Below are positions 12,441 through 25,139 of a DNA stretch of 64,000 nucleotides, piece after piece. The translations under genes were made by a program, and so were the position numbers. This DNA comes from Eutreptiella sp. 'Long Island Sound 2002'. Its lineage: Eukaryota > Protista > Euglenida. The notes below the pieces were generated by a model that saw only the letters and a list, made by a program, of their open reading frames with translations, was not told the DNA's origin and ran no database searches. The DNA lies in contig OZ038378.1 of assembly GCA_964036045.1 (NCBI GenBank), forward strand, positions 95,852,001-95,916,000, in the 5' to 3' direction. How positions within the stretch are numbered: position 1 is the first letter of the stretch; each line of letters starts with the position of its first letter.

Positions 12441-14692
12441 TGACCCTAAGATGAACCCCTTGCCGGATCCCAAGACTAACCCCGCAACAACCCCCAAGGG
12501 AGGGTTAATTTTTCAAAATTTGGGTACAAATTTGAGAGGTTGATATTAACGTCCACGACGCTTTGATTTTCAATATTTCAAATATTACAGAAAATTAACG
12601 TCACAAAAAAAACCCCAGGAGCATTTCAATATTTTTTTCCATGGTGGCAGGTGAGACCCCACCCCAACCCCCACGTAAAAATGACACCTGATCCCGTAAG
12701 GCACTGCATTGGGTTAGAGTTTGTCTCCTCCGCCCCCCCCCAATAAGGGTTAACTTTGGTTAACGCATTAATGTTTGCCCCAAATGTTAGACATATTGGG
12801 TTTAACATAGGTCTTTAGGGTGGGGGGCTCCGAGTGTCCCCATGAAGGGGACCTCAGTCCAGCACCGCTCTGTAGATAGCCTGCCCCCCTGCTTGCTTGT
12901 GCACTAGGAGCTCTTGTGATGCCCAAGGCATGGTGCGTCCGGGCCCCAAATGGCCCCTGATGCGGACGTCGCATGATCTTGCAAGATGCGCCAACCAAAC
13001 TTTTTGAGACTCCTACACCACTTGCTGGATAAACTCCGTTCCAATATTGTATGGTACAACGAACCCCATGTGCGCTAACCGCAAGGAAGTGTTGCAATGC
13101 CCACTAACTACTTGAGGACTGACATTCCCACAACGGGCTTTGAACGTGTGACGCCCTTGGCAGCACACAGGTGCTTACCCTAGTGAGCAGGCACTGCTTG
13201 TTTGGTCTGTTGGACACTTGTCAATTCCTCAAGGGACAAAATTGTTGTGAACGACAAATGTTATTACAATGTACATGAATGCCTTGTGGAACGTAGTGTT
13301 CATTCTTGTGGAAGCAGGTTTGCTGTTTTTTTTCCTTTAGTCGAAAAATTGTTGCCCACTTTTTGTTTCTATTGAGGAATGGCTAATTGTTACTTCTTCG
13401 GGGGGGCGTTGTTCGGACTGTATCACATGCAAGATTGAAAAAGAAGGACAAAAAACAAAAAAAACACGGAAAAACGCCCAAAAATAGAAAAAGCCTGCTA
13501 AATAACGGGAGAAAACGGAAAAAGCATGACTTTTGCCCGTGTGACGCGTCGATGGAACCGGTGATTAGCCCAACTTTGCACGCGATGGACCACCGTGTGG
13601 CGGTGACAGTCACTTGGAAACCTGTCCGCTGGGAGTCTGAGGCCCCGCTGTCAGTTTTCTGCCCACCATGCTCGTATTGCACCCAAACTACGATAGCCGA
13701 TTGTTATTAGGGCCACTTTTGTAGGGGCCGCGAGGCTAGTACGCAGTGGCCAACACATCTCTTACATTGTGAGGGATCACTCGGAGGGAAGCAAATAGTC
13801 TCTCCTTGAATATCAACCTCCGGGTCTCATGTATCTCAACACAGCCATCTAGTTTACCATACAATGTGTACCTGAGCAGTAGGGAAAATGGAGAGAAACA
13901 CTTTGTTGCTGCCTACGTGGAGAGGTGCCATTTGGCGCAGAATGGGGTGGCCATCCTAGCAAACTTCCTACGTTGCAACGCCAATACCATTGCCGACAAG
14001 AGACTTTACCAATGCAATGAGAAATATTTCAATGAACCATAGTAGAGCGGAATACAACAGGTATGCTGCTACGTTCCAACACCAATACCATTGCCCCCAT
14101 TAGACTGTAGAAATACAACAAGAAATATTTTCATGAACAACAGCGGAACGAATACAAGAGGTATGCTGCTAAACATCAAGCAGCACTTTGCGAAGCATGG
14201 ACCACTCTAGCAGAACGGAAGCTTTCCATGAGTGGTTCTGTACACGTGTCCCGCTCACATCCTTACGGCATCGAATGTCCTTCAGTGGTATTGGGCATGC
14301 TGCAATGGGTTGAGTAGCAACCAAAAATTGCTGGTGGTCGAGCAAGAGGCTTTTAGTTCTCCCGTTAGGTCGTGACGCAGGGATGGTCCACTCACACATG
14401 TTCAAAGGTGCAAAACGTCATCACCTATGTACATACAAAGATACTTTTGCTCGCACATTCGCACCCAGGGCGCGGGGGGGGGGGGGCAAAAAATTCTGCC
14501 CGGAGGTGAAAATCTTTTTTTGAAATGGGACATTTGTCTCCCCCCAACCCGTTTGCAAAAAAGGTTTAAGAACCCTAGAGACCTACCTTAAAATCAATAT
14601 GGTAAATTTTGATTTTTAATGTATGAAGGGATGTAAAAATTAACCTGTCAAATATTAACACGTTAACCCAATTTAGGCATATTTGCCCCGCT

Positions 14693-16639
14693 TTGCTTGT
14701 GCTCGTACATGCCCATTTGACGTGTTTGCGTGGTCAAAGGGTGCCCAACGGGTTGCTACCAAGGTTGCATAGTCCTATAGGTGGTTATGTAGCCCCACAC
14801 ATCCCTCTCCGGTCCCCCCACTCACCCTACTCCCAACCGCCTTTTTTTCCTTGTGTAGCTCTTGTTAGGCCTTTGTCTCGTGACACTCTTCTCCAGCTTA
14901 GTATCATGCTCATGCGTTTGAGTGGGGCCAAGAGTTTGCGTCACCCTTTGGTCTTTCAACTCCTTGGTGAGTGGGTGGCCTCATCCCCTTTGGCCAAGGC
15001 CCGGTGGTACCAGGCCACCGAGGTTGCCCAACTCCCAACCATCCGCAACAAACAAAGAGAGGCCGTGAAGCAATATGCATCTATCTTCTTCCCCGCACCC
15101 AAGTAGATTGGTTTACTTATGCACTTGAATGTCCCGAAGGGGGGCTTCCGGCATGTGTCGAAGTTTATGACCCGCCGGGGGGGCCACATACACCACCGCA
15201 ACGGGCCTGCCATTGGCCCGCCCCATCCCTTCACGTGACCGCTTCATGGACACAGGGAAGGAGTTGGTCAAGCCGCTTGCGCTAGATCGACCTGTGTCCG
15301 TGGCGTATCCCCCCGCAAGCGACCGCTCTTGGCGGCTGCAGTCGTCGGCCGGCTACATCGAATGGCGTCCACCCGTTGTGGACGCCATCGATTGGAAGCG
15401 GCCGATCACTTGCCTCCTCCGTGGGGATGCCTTCCCGTGCGTCGGTGGAAGATGGACCCAACTTTCCATTGGGCTCCTCAACCACGGTGCACAGGGCCGA
15501 ACACCTGCCTACGTAGGGGTGATTGGTATGGGAGTATGCGGGGACAAGGACATTGCCGCGCTAGCGACAATATGGTGCAAGAACCTACAGTTATACAGTC
15601 GTTTTGTTCTGCTATCGTTCTTGCGGTAATTTCTCCAGGTTAACACTTAATATTTCGCAAAAACTAAGGCCGATTAAAAAATTAATTTGATATTCACCTC
15701 GAAAAATTGATGCAAAAATTAATCCCCATTTGTTGGTAGGTGCTCCAATTGGGCCACAGCTGCAAGAAGTTCTATAGGGGCACCAAGTGGGTGCCCGCTA
15801 ACTTGGTCATCGCGCCCGACCAAACCTTCGTGCGACGCCTCATTGGGGTCTGCATATCGCCCATGGTAGGCTCAAATTACAATATGGATGTGTGGGGCAA
15901 GGTTGCTGTGGCGTGGGTAAAGGCGGAGGTCCGCCGCACATTAGAGGGGGAGGCGATGGCCCGTCGCCGCTATCAAGAGACGGGCCTCAGCTTGGAGACT
16001 GGGGGGTGCGTAGGAGACCCGCACGTTTTGGTGGAGCGGTGCTTGGTCTTGCTATGCATCCTCCATTGTTGCATGGCCATGGGCCGCCTCCAAGTGGCCT
16101 TCATTGAGCCCCGCCTCCGGGACCTTCCCAAGGACAACGCCGTGGCCGTACAATGCGTGCTCTACGGGCCTTGCGGCGTCCCGTTGGGGGCCTCGGCTTC
16201 GTCCGACGGAGAGGAGGCTCGGGCGTTGTACCTCAAATGGCAGGAGGTCAGGCCACTATTGGCCTACGCCCCGGAGGACGATGAGTGGAAATCGGTGGTT
16301 GCCATGCGGGTCCTCCTCCGGGAGTTGTACTCGGATACCCCAACACGCGTCCACCTACGGGCCGCGGAGGTCGCGCGGGCGTACCGCCTGCATTGTTGCA
16401 AGGCTAGCTGCCAATCGAACTTCCTCTTCTACTTGGAGTGGGATGTGACATTGGTTGTGGCGAATGCGGCGCGCCTTGGGGTTGGGTTGGCCGCGGTGTG
16501 CGGTGATGTCGTTGAGAGAGTCAACACTGTCCTCAAGCGGGCCTACAACGACCATACGGCCCGCGGGAGGGGGGGCTGCCGAGGGCTACGGCATTGGAAC
16601 GGGAGGTGGAGGTGGTGTTGCAAACGTGGGAGAGGTTGA
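14693..16639 (+). pseudogene. RAG1/Transib-like DDE transposase, family A (copy L2), with intron 15591-15739
   Basis: D1 in LLRGDAFP (15426), D2 in APDQTFVRRLIG (15818; cf. RAG1 YDEKLVREVEG), CILHCC (16055-; cf. DALHCD), E in VVERVNTVLKRAY (16514; cf. ESGNKLFRR). The upstream LIGLLMHLNVPKGGFRHV resembles the RAG1/Transib pre-catalytic helices. Lesions: stop at 15104-15106, frameshift near 15180, donor mutated GT>TT. Confidence 0.75.
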
Positions 16640-16777
16640 TTTTGAAATTTGATGTTCCGTTAGAACACCATCGGGGACCACATACAGCCCAATGCACTAT
16701 GACGAAAAGCATAGCCACCCAAAGTCCCCCACCCTATTCCTTTTCGTCCCCTCCTCTAGCTCTTGTTTCACCAATCC

Positions 16778-18880
16778 ATGGATCAAGACAGCCTGAAGGC
16801 CCTCTTGGGCGACATGATGAAAGCCCAAGAAGACCGCCTGGTGTGCTTGTTTTGCTTGTTGTTTGCAGGTCTAGCTCCACCACCACCACCACCACCACCA
16901 CCAATGAGAGTTCCCTCGCCAAGTCAAGGGGGAGAGAAGTCAAGCGACAACTCCTCTCACTAGTGGCGGGAGCGCAAGGAGAGGAAGGGAGAGAAGAAGA
17001 GGAAGAAGAAGGGAAGGAGAGAGAGAGCCAGGGTGACAGCGAGGCCAGCGGGGGGGGGGGGGTCAAGGAGGAGAGAGTGGGGAGGTGGTGGTAGACGAGG
17101 GGGGGGATGGGGTGTTGGAGGAGGCGGAGCAGGACGTGTTGGAGGCCAAACCCCCCCAACCCCCCCAACAAGTTAAACCTCACCCAATAGCTTCTAAAGG
17201 TGGCCCCTAAGGCCCACTTCCGCGGCCACCTGCAAGGCCGCAAGGGTGCCGTGCCCGGCACAGGCCCTCCAAGACGGCTGTGCAAGGAATCAACCCTTGA
17301 TTGCAGGCGCGTCCCACGCGCACATGACCCTTGAGTGGGTGTTTCCCCGCCTCGTGCGGGTCCAGATTCACCGGCACAGGGAAAACAAGGGCACCTGGCG
17401 GCGGGATAGCGAGCGAGGGGGCATGTGGGCCTCGCGCCCTTTACCCGGCGAGCCCCTCAGCCCAGTGCCAGAGGGCATTAGCGTCGGGTCCTTGAGCTCG
17501 CTCAACTTTTGCGGCGACCCGCGAAGTGTGCGGTTCGGGACCGCACATTTCCACATGGCCCTCCTGCATTGGGTCACGCTGGAATGGTGCCGCCACTGGC
17601 GGCCAGGGAAGGGGGTGCACTTTGTGGTCCAATGCGCTGCTGTCCCGGCACCCCCGCACCCCGTGTACGACCCCGCCGCACAGCACCAATACGAGAGGTC
17701 GGGGGGGCGGCACGCGGAACACCGCCACCGCGTTCGCCAAGGCGGCTCCCCCTACCATAGCCGCCCCCGCCGCGCTCGCCGAACTTAATGGCGGACCCCG
17801 TGGAGGTCCCAACGGCCACGACACACTTTCGGACACCAATGGAAGTTGTTCCATAGCAAGGAGCGCCGACTGGTTTTAAGGTATGTGTGCTTGCTTGTGG
17901 GCTAATATTTTGACTTTTTGGTTGAATTTTCGTAGGTTAACGTTTGATTTTTCGATCGCCGGCACAAAAATTGGAGTTAAGAGATAATATTAACTTAGAA
18001 AATTAAAAGATCGTCATAAAAATTAAGTGTTGTGGTGTTTGCCTCTTTGCAAGTAATGGGTGTTGTCATCGACGCCACGGACGCGCGGCCCGCACGCGCG
18101 TCTCGGCGTGACCACAATGCGGCCTATGAGGTGCCACTCGGGCACTTCACCGCTAGTCGCGGCCGACCCGCACTTGGGGTTGGGCATCTTGTGGGGGTTG
18201 AGGACTTGGGAGCACGGAAGGGTCTGCGCGGAGGTGTGGGTGGGTGCAGCGAGGTACATGGCTGGGGAGTGGGCCAGGTTAGGGCAGATCGGGTACACGG
18301 GGGCAGAGGATGAGGGGATATGGACAGGGATGGTGGGGGGTGATTGGGAGCGTGAGGAAGCGTTGAAAGCGCAGTCCCCCCCCCCCTCAAGACCAAACCA
18401 CCACCCCCTAAACCAACAGTCACCAAAACCGGTGACAAGAAAAGCTCCAGATTTGAGTGCGATGAATCGTCGGATGAAGCCATCCCCCCCCCCAAACAAG
18501 AAACGGGCCCCCCCATCCAAGCGGCCCCCGGCCACGAAGGCCACGCACGCCCCCAAGAGAAACCCCTCGCTCCCCCAAAAGGGGGGGGGGATGGTGCCGG
18601 CGACCCACTCGTCGGCACCAAGGGCCGCACCCCGCACCTCATGTACGTGGAGGTGGGCACCGTCACCGGTGTCCACCGGAGGAAAGCGAGGGTCGTCTAG
18701 GTGCAATACCCAGACTACCCCTAGCTCTACGAAGTGAACTGTGGCCTCCTCTTCCCCACCCCCCAAGGTGCCCAAGAACACTTGGACTATGTTCGCAACG
18801 GCAAGGGGAAAACCCCACCCCCCCAAGCCTTCGGGGCCAGCGTGACCCGAAGATGAACCCCTTGCTTGACCCCAAGACTA
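16778..18880 (+). pseudogene. ORF2 copy L2
   Basis: Homologous to 10339-12440. Most of intron 1 and the start of exon 2 are deleted. It retains a ~190-bp segment missing in L1 that encodes YVEVGTVTGVHRRKARVVxVQYPDYPxLYEVNCGLLF. Confidence 0.45.
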
Positions 18881-21800
18881 ACCCCGCGACAACCCCCAAA
18901 ACTAACCCCCCGAGTAACCCCGAAGCACAAAGCAATCCCACTCCTAACCCCACCCGTGACCCACCGCGACAATTGTGGGACCCCAAGACGGGGTCGCAAG
19001 AGGTGTAGCCTACAGGTGCTACCACCTGTGGTACAGGTGCTATACCGGCATTGGAGCCAGTAATGAATACTGGATATCGTTGGGAAGGTATATCGTGTGT
19101 TGTTGTGTGCTTGGAGGGAGTTTCAAGGAGGGTTAGTTTTTCGAAATTTGGGTATAAATTTGACAGGTTAATATTAACGTCGGCGACGCTTTGATTTTCA
19201 ATATTTCAAATATTACAGAAAAATTAAAATCAAAAAGTAAACCCCAGGAGCATTTAATTTTTTCTCCATGGAGGCAGGTGAAACCCCACCGCAACCTGCA
19301 CGAAAAAATGACACCCGATCCCGTAAGGCACTGTGTTGGGGTCCAGTTTCTCGCTTCCGCCCCCCCCACCCCAATAAGGGTCAACTTTGGGTTAACCATT
19401 AATGTTTGCCCCAAATGTTAGACATATTGGGTTTAACATAGGTCTCTAAGGTGGGGGGCTCGGAGTGTCCCCATGCAGGGCGACCTCAGTCTAGCACCGC
19501 TCTGTGGATAGCCTGCAGCCCTGCTTGCTTGTGGACTAGAAGATCTTGTGATGCCCCAGGCATCGTGCGTACAATCCCCAAATGGCCCTTGATGCGGACG
19601 TCCCATGATCTCGCATGATACGCCAACCAAACTTTTTGAGACTCCTACACCACTTGCCGGACAAATTCCGTCAACGTATCGTATGGTGCAACGAACCCCA
19701 TGTGCGCTAGCCGCAAGGATAGTGTTGCAATGCCCGCTAACTACTTGAGGACTGACATTCCCATAACCGGCTTTGAACGTGTGACGCCCTTGGCCACACA
19801 CAGGTGTTTACCCTAGTGAACGGGCACTGCTTGTCTCGTCTGTTGGACACTTGTCAATTCCTCCAGGGACCAAATGGTTGTGAACGACAAATATTATTAC
19901 AATGTACATGAAAGCCTTGTGGAACGTGGTGTTTATTCTTGTGGAAGCCTATTTGGTGTTATTTTTCCTTAGGCGAAAAGTTGTTGCCCACTTTTTGTTT
20001 CTGTTGAGGAATGGCTAATTGTTACTTCTTCGGGTGCACGTTGTTGGGATTGTATCACATGCAAGATTGAAAAAGAATCACAGAAAAAACACGGAAAAAA
20101 CGCCCAAAAATAGATAAAGCCGGCTGAAAAATAGGAGAAAACGAAAATGGCATGACTTTGGCCCGTGTCACGTGTCGATGGAACCGGTGATTAGCCCAAC
20201 TTTGCACGCGATGGACCACCGGGTGGCGGTGCTGGTCACTCGGAAACCAGTCTGGTGGTACTGTGAGGCCCCGCTGTCAGTTTGCTGCTCACCATGCTCG
20301 TAGTGCACCCGAACCATGATAGCCGATTGCTCCCGGAGCCACTTTTGTAGGGCCAGCGAGACTAGTACGCAGTGGCCACAACATCTCTTACATTGTGAGG
20401 GATCACTCGGAGGGAAGCAAATAGTCTCTCCCTGAATATCAACCTACGGGTCGTATGTATCTCTACACAATATGTAATTTACCATACAACGTGTCCCTGA
20501 GCAGAGGGGAAAATGCAGAGAATCACTTTGTTGCTGCCTACGTAGAGACGTGCCATTTGGCGCTGAATGGCAGTGGCCATCTTAGCAGACTTCCTACGTT
20601 CCAAGGCCAATACCATTTGACTATACCAATGGAATGAGAAGTGTTTTCATGAACCATAGTAGAGCGGAACACAACACGTATGCTCCTACGTTCCAACACC
20701 AGTACCATTGCCCACATGAGACTGCACAAATGCAATAAGAAATATTTTCATGAACCACAGTAGAGTAAATGCAAGAGGTATGCTGCTAAACATCAAGCAG
20801 CACTTCGCGCACCATGGACCACTCCACCAGCAAGGAAGCTTTCCATGCGTGATTGTGTACACGTGTCCCGCTCACGTCCTTACGGCACCGAATGTCCTTC
20901 AGCGGTTTTGGGCATGCAGCAATGGGTTGAGTAGCAAGCAAAATTACCCGTGGTCGAGCAAGAGGCTTTTAGTGCTCCCGTCAGCTCGTGAAGCAGGGAT
21001 CGTCCACTCGGACATGTTCAAAGGTGCAACACGTCATCACCTATGTACATACAGAAATGCACTTGCTGGCACATTACCAGCTAGGGCGCGTGGGGGGGGA
21101 GGGCAAAAAAATTCTGCCCAGGGGTGAAAATCTTTTTTTTGACTGCGACACTTGTCTCCCCCCAACACCCATGTAAAAAATTTTTAAACGCGGGACACTT
21201 TCTCTATGGTAAATCCCCCTCAATACGCCCTTGGTCCACCGACCCCCCCCCTTCCTCGCGCGCCCGTGTGCTTCCCCCCATACACAAAAATTGGAGTCGA
21301 GACAGGTGGCAAACAAAAGGGGAGGTAACAGGGAAAACAGCGGGAAGGGAGGGGGAAGGCCCGCCGCCAACGATAGGGGGCAGAAAGTGGGGAAGATGGT
21401 GCACAGAGGGACCACAAGGAAGGGGGCATGGGGAATGGCGGCAGATAGGGGGGGAACTCGGCTCCGTGAGTCGGCCCCCCGATCCGGGGCATGTTATGGG
21501 CCACACATGACCATTGTAGGCCGGGCGGCCTCCATGGAAGTTTAGTGACATTATGTGGAAGTGGCGGAGCACAAGGGAGTGGGGCTTTGTCGGCCGAGAG
21601 GGTATGGAGGGGGGGGGAAGCCCGGTGCCCCACGATCGGGGGCCCCTAATTGGGGACGCGAGGCCATGGTGGGCAGCCTCCGAATGCGTTGAGCGAATCC
21701 TCGCTGTTCCAGGTCACGGTCACGGTCATTTGGCCTGTTTGCCTCTATGTCTGTACTTGTTACCTCGTAATTCCTCATTTGCTAGTGCCATCTTGTGCAG

Positions 21801-22299
21801 CAGTTGGTTGATCATACTGCATAGGCACATTGGTCTCCTCCTCCCTCCTCCCGTTCAGCCTCAGTTCACCGCGTGATTCGTGTGCATGCCAGGGTTAGGG
21901 GAAAGGTGTCCTCCGTGCATCGCATGTGTGGCGCCCATGCATCGCCCTTGCATTGCCCTTGCATCACCCATTGCACTCTCATTCTTGCTTGCCTCCCTCC
22001 TCTCTCCCTCCATTGTTCCGCTGCATCAGTTCTCTGCTTTTCCCTCTTAATCCACCCATGCCCGGCAAGCCCACTCCCATCCTTTTGCCTCTTTTCCACT
22101 TCTTTCTCCCATGCTTCTGTTGCCCCCAAGCGTCCCCCTTGTGCATCCTGGTCCTCCCCCTATTGGTCCCGCTTCTGCAGCATTAGGGCAACCCCATAGC
22201 ACACATCGCGTTCCCAACATTGGCCGTGGTCCCACCACCACACGCTAGCAGGCTTGCCACCTCCCCTAGTATGTGCGCGCAGTGGAGGGGGCTGTCCGT

Positions 22300-24480
22300 G
22301 CAGGGGTCTAGGCATTTTGGCCCCCGTAAATAGACCATGGAAGGCCACACAAACCAACACGGTACCCACGCTGCACACCACATAGCAGCCACAACAACAC
22401 TGGCTACCGTCCCTGTCAACCATCTGGTTCCCCTCAACTGCTGCTCACTGCCTCAGACCGCCCTGCTCCTTCACTTCTTCCGTGCTCGCTCCGCCTTGCC
22501 CTTGTCTGGCGGGCGCCTAGGATACGTCCGCGGTCTCTCCACACCAAGAGTGCAGGGCACTGACGTCTCCGTGGCGATCGCCACGAAGTGGTTGGCCTCA
22601 CCGGCCCACCGCTTGCCGGGGTACACCAGCCCCAGCAGCTCCTACAGCCGTGCGACCCTCACGCACCTCAGCTTGCCGTTATACATCATCAGATTCGGCT
22701 GCATTGCCCACACCCGTGCCAATGAAACACTCTAGGCCTTGACCGCTTTCCCGCGCTACGGCGGCGAACATGTCACCTTACCCAGAGCTACATACATTCC
22801 CCTCTCCCGTGCGGCTACCGTTGGCTCTTGCAGTGTGCGGCTAACCAGCTTCGGCCGCTTCCCCAACTTAGCTCCTTTCTGCATTTTGCTGCTCTTTTTC
22901 GAGCGCCCTGGAGTATTCCAGCCATGCCAACGTGTCCGCTTCTTCTTGCATATGGTGCGTTGCTATCGCTTCTAGGCCAAATAGATCTAGTGGCTTGGGC
23001 ACCCTCCACGCTCCTTCGTCGCACAGGAACGACCCCGCAACAGCTACCTCAATAGAATTAGAGTTTATGCCTTGTGCCACGGATGCCGACCAAGCCTCTT
23101 GGAACCGTTACACTAGGTCATTAATCGCTTCGAATTTTGTCCCCATGTCAACGGACGGCTGCTAACGTAGGGGATGAGCCACAAACAAGTTATCTCCGGT
23201 GAGGTCCACGGCGACCACAGACGCATGCTTGTGCGCAATATCCAACGGCCCCTCGTCCCGTTCACAGTGGCACGAACAAGGTCGTCGTGGCATCCTGCCT
23301 ATACTTCCAGGGGGGAGAACCTTTATGCGCCTGTAGAGGAACCTCATGTCTCGGAACTCGGATCGCTCAATGTGATACTCCTCCGGCGCATCATTGGCCC
23401 TCTTCTCTTGTCGCACGCGCTGTGCCCTTGGGTGTGATGTCACTTGTGGCAACCTAGGCCACACACCTCTCCCCTGCCTTCTCCGAATGCTGCTTGGCCT
23501 CATCCCACAATCTGTGTAGCCACTTGTTCTCTTTCTGACTTCCTGTGCTTGGGGCCGGTTATGGTTTTCTTCTTCAACAACGTGTCGTCGCCTGTGGCAC
23601 GATTCAGATGGGCTTCTTTTCTGGTCTCCCTGGCTGCTGGCTATGTTTGCTTGTGCCTTGGTGCGGGGTCATAGTATTCCCGGCTTTGCCGCACCCTTGC
23701 ATGCATCCTTCCAACCCTTTCTTCTTCTCACTCCGACTGCTGTGAGCTCTCATCCACCACTAGGGCTGCCTTGGGGTTTTCTTCGTCCTCCTCCTACTCT
23801 TCTTTCCCTTCCTCCGCTTCGTCCACTTCCTCCTCATGCGTGCCCTCTAGTGGCAGCTAAAACAAGCGCTGGCCTTCTACCGTATTTAGCGCTTTCTTCT
23901 GCGCCGGCGCTTGGAAACTGGGTGCCTTTGAGGTGTGCGGTTTCTCTTTCTTCTGGTCTTTTCCCTCCATTTTCCTAGATTTCTGCGTGTCCATCAAGTG
24001 CCTTGGTGCTTTTCACTGGGGTCCTTCTCCTTCAAACCGGCAATAGGCAGCCGGTGTTCCTTTCTCCATGCTCACGGTTAATTGCACTGCCTTGCCCTTT
24101 TCATATTCTCACCTTTCATGCGACCTTCTTTGATGAATCCTCCCGCTCCGTGCGCCAGCTCCTGCGGAACTACCTGTACATGTAACTACGCCCCACAAGG
24201 GCCACGGTCGCGCGATCTAGGGGCCACTTTCGGCCCTTGCTCGCTGGAGACGGTCCGGGGAATTCATAGGCATCCTGTTTGTGCGGCAACAATTCCTCAA
24301 TCTCTTGCTTTTGAGAGTTCGGCGGAACAGCCGCCCTCGGTACGATCATCTCAAGATTCGGGCCGGTCCTTATCCGCACCAAGTTTGTCGCTGAGTTCCA
24401 ATATGGGGACAACGGGCTTGGGCCAGCTTACCGGCACACACTCCGCCATCAAAACCACTCGGCTTCCTCCAAAACGGCTT
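22300..24480 (-). pseudogene. Decayed gene of unknown function (mirror at ~38540-40700, + strand)
   Basis: One frame runs from ~23503 to 22868 interrupted mainly by TAG/TAA stops (…VVAVDLTGDNLFVAHPLR*QPSVDMGTKFEAINDLV*RFQEAW…LAWLEYSRALEKEQQ). An upstream acidic/basic segment is present. No family recognised. Confidence 0.3.
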
Positions 24481-25139
24481 GCCCGAATAAATCGTACCCT
24501 TCGTGAAGTGGCTGTTTGAATGTGCGATTCACGGTTTTCGCGTTTTGCTCACTACTTGGTGGCATTGTGTCTGTTTCTCGTTTTGTTTTCGAATGAATGT
24601 AGAGAATGTTGCCGCCCACAATCGTGCAAAAAAGACTGAACCAACGGACACAATGGCGCCAACTTGTGCACAAACCATTAAACATCACAATTAAATTCAC
24701 ACGACTGTTCGCGGTTCATTCACGGTCCAGCCACATGTTTGTCTTTATCAAGTGCCCGAAATGATATCGGCCACACCTCAAGGCATGGAGAGTCCCTGCA
24801 ACCTTGCGAAAAAGGCTTTGCGAACAAGCACAATGGCACCAAGTAGTGGGCAAAACACCAAAAAATGGGGTCACATTCACGCGCTCCTTCAAACGGCCAG
24901 TTATTGGCTGTTCACGAAGGGTACAATTGGGTGTCCTCAAAAATGGGGTGTCGTGGTACTCCTCTGACATGTAGGTTAGCCATTGATGCCCCCGCACTGA
25001 GGTCATCCCCCCCCCCTCCTGGGTGAATTGCGGTGTTCAAGGAAAAGGGGTAATGCGTTGCACATGCTTTGAAGACCTACACTGTGATTTCCAGTGGTAC
25101 CTGATATTGACCTGCCATGCTTGCGTTTTTATTTCCGGA

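Larger units (their letters stand above)
9622..21173 (+). mobile_element. Head-to-tail array of a ~6.4-6.6-kb transposase-bearing unit (about 1.8 copies, L1 and L2)
   Basis: Homologous landmarks recur at 9623/16052, 10339/16778 and 14161/20778. The copies are visibly more diverged from each other than the two palindrome arms are. Confidence 0.85.

Noticed and set aside
18870-18960. Degenerate telomeric (TAACCC)-like repeats
   Set aside because: Only about four imperfect, spaced copies, compatible with a Pro/Thr-rich or low-complexity stretch inside the unit.
22500-23300. Second tyrosine-recombinase-like reading on the plus strand (RANETL; H*SLRI)
   Set aside because: The motifs lie in different frames, and the minus strand keeps one continuous frame across the same bases.
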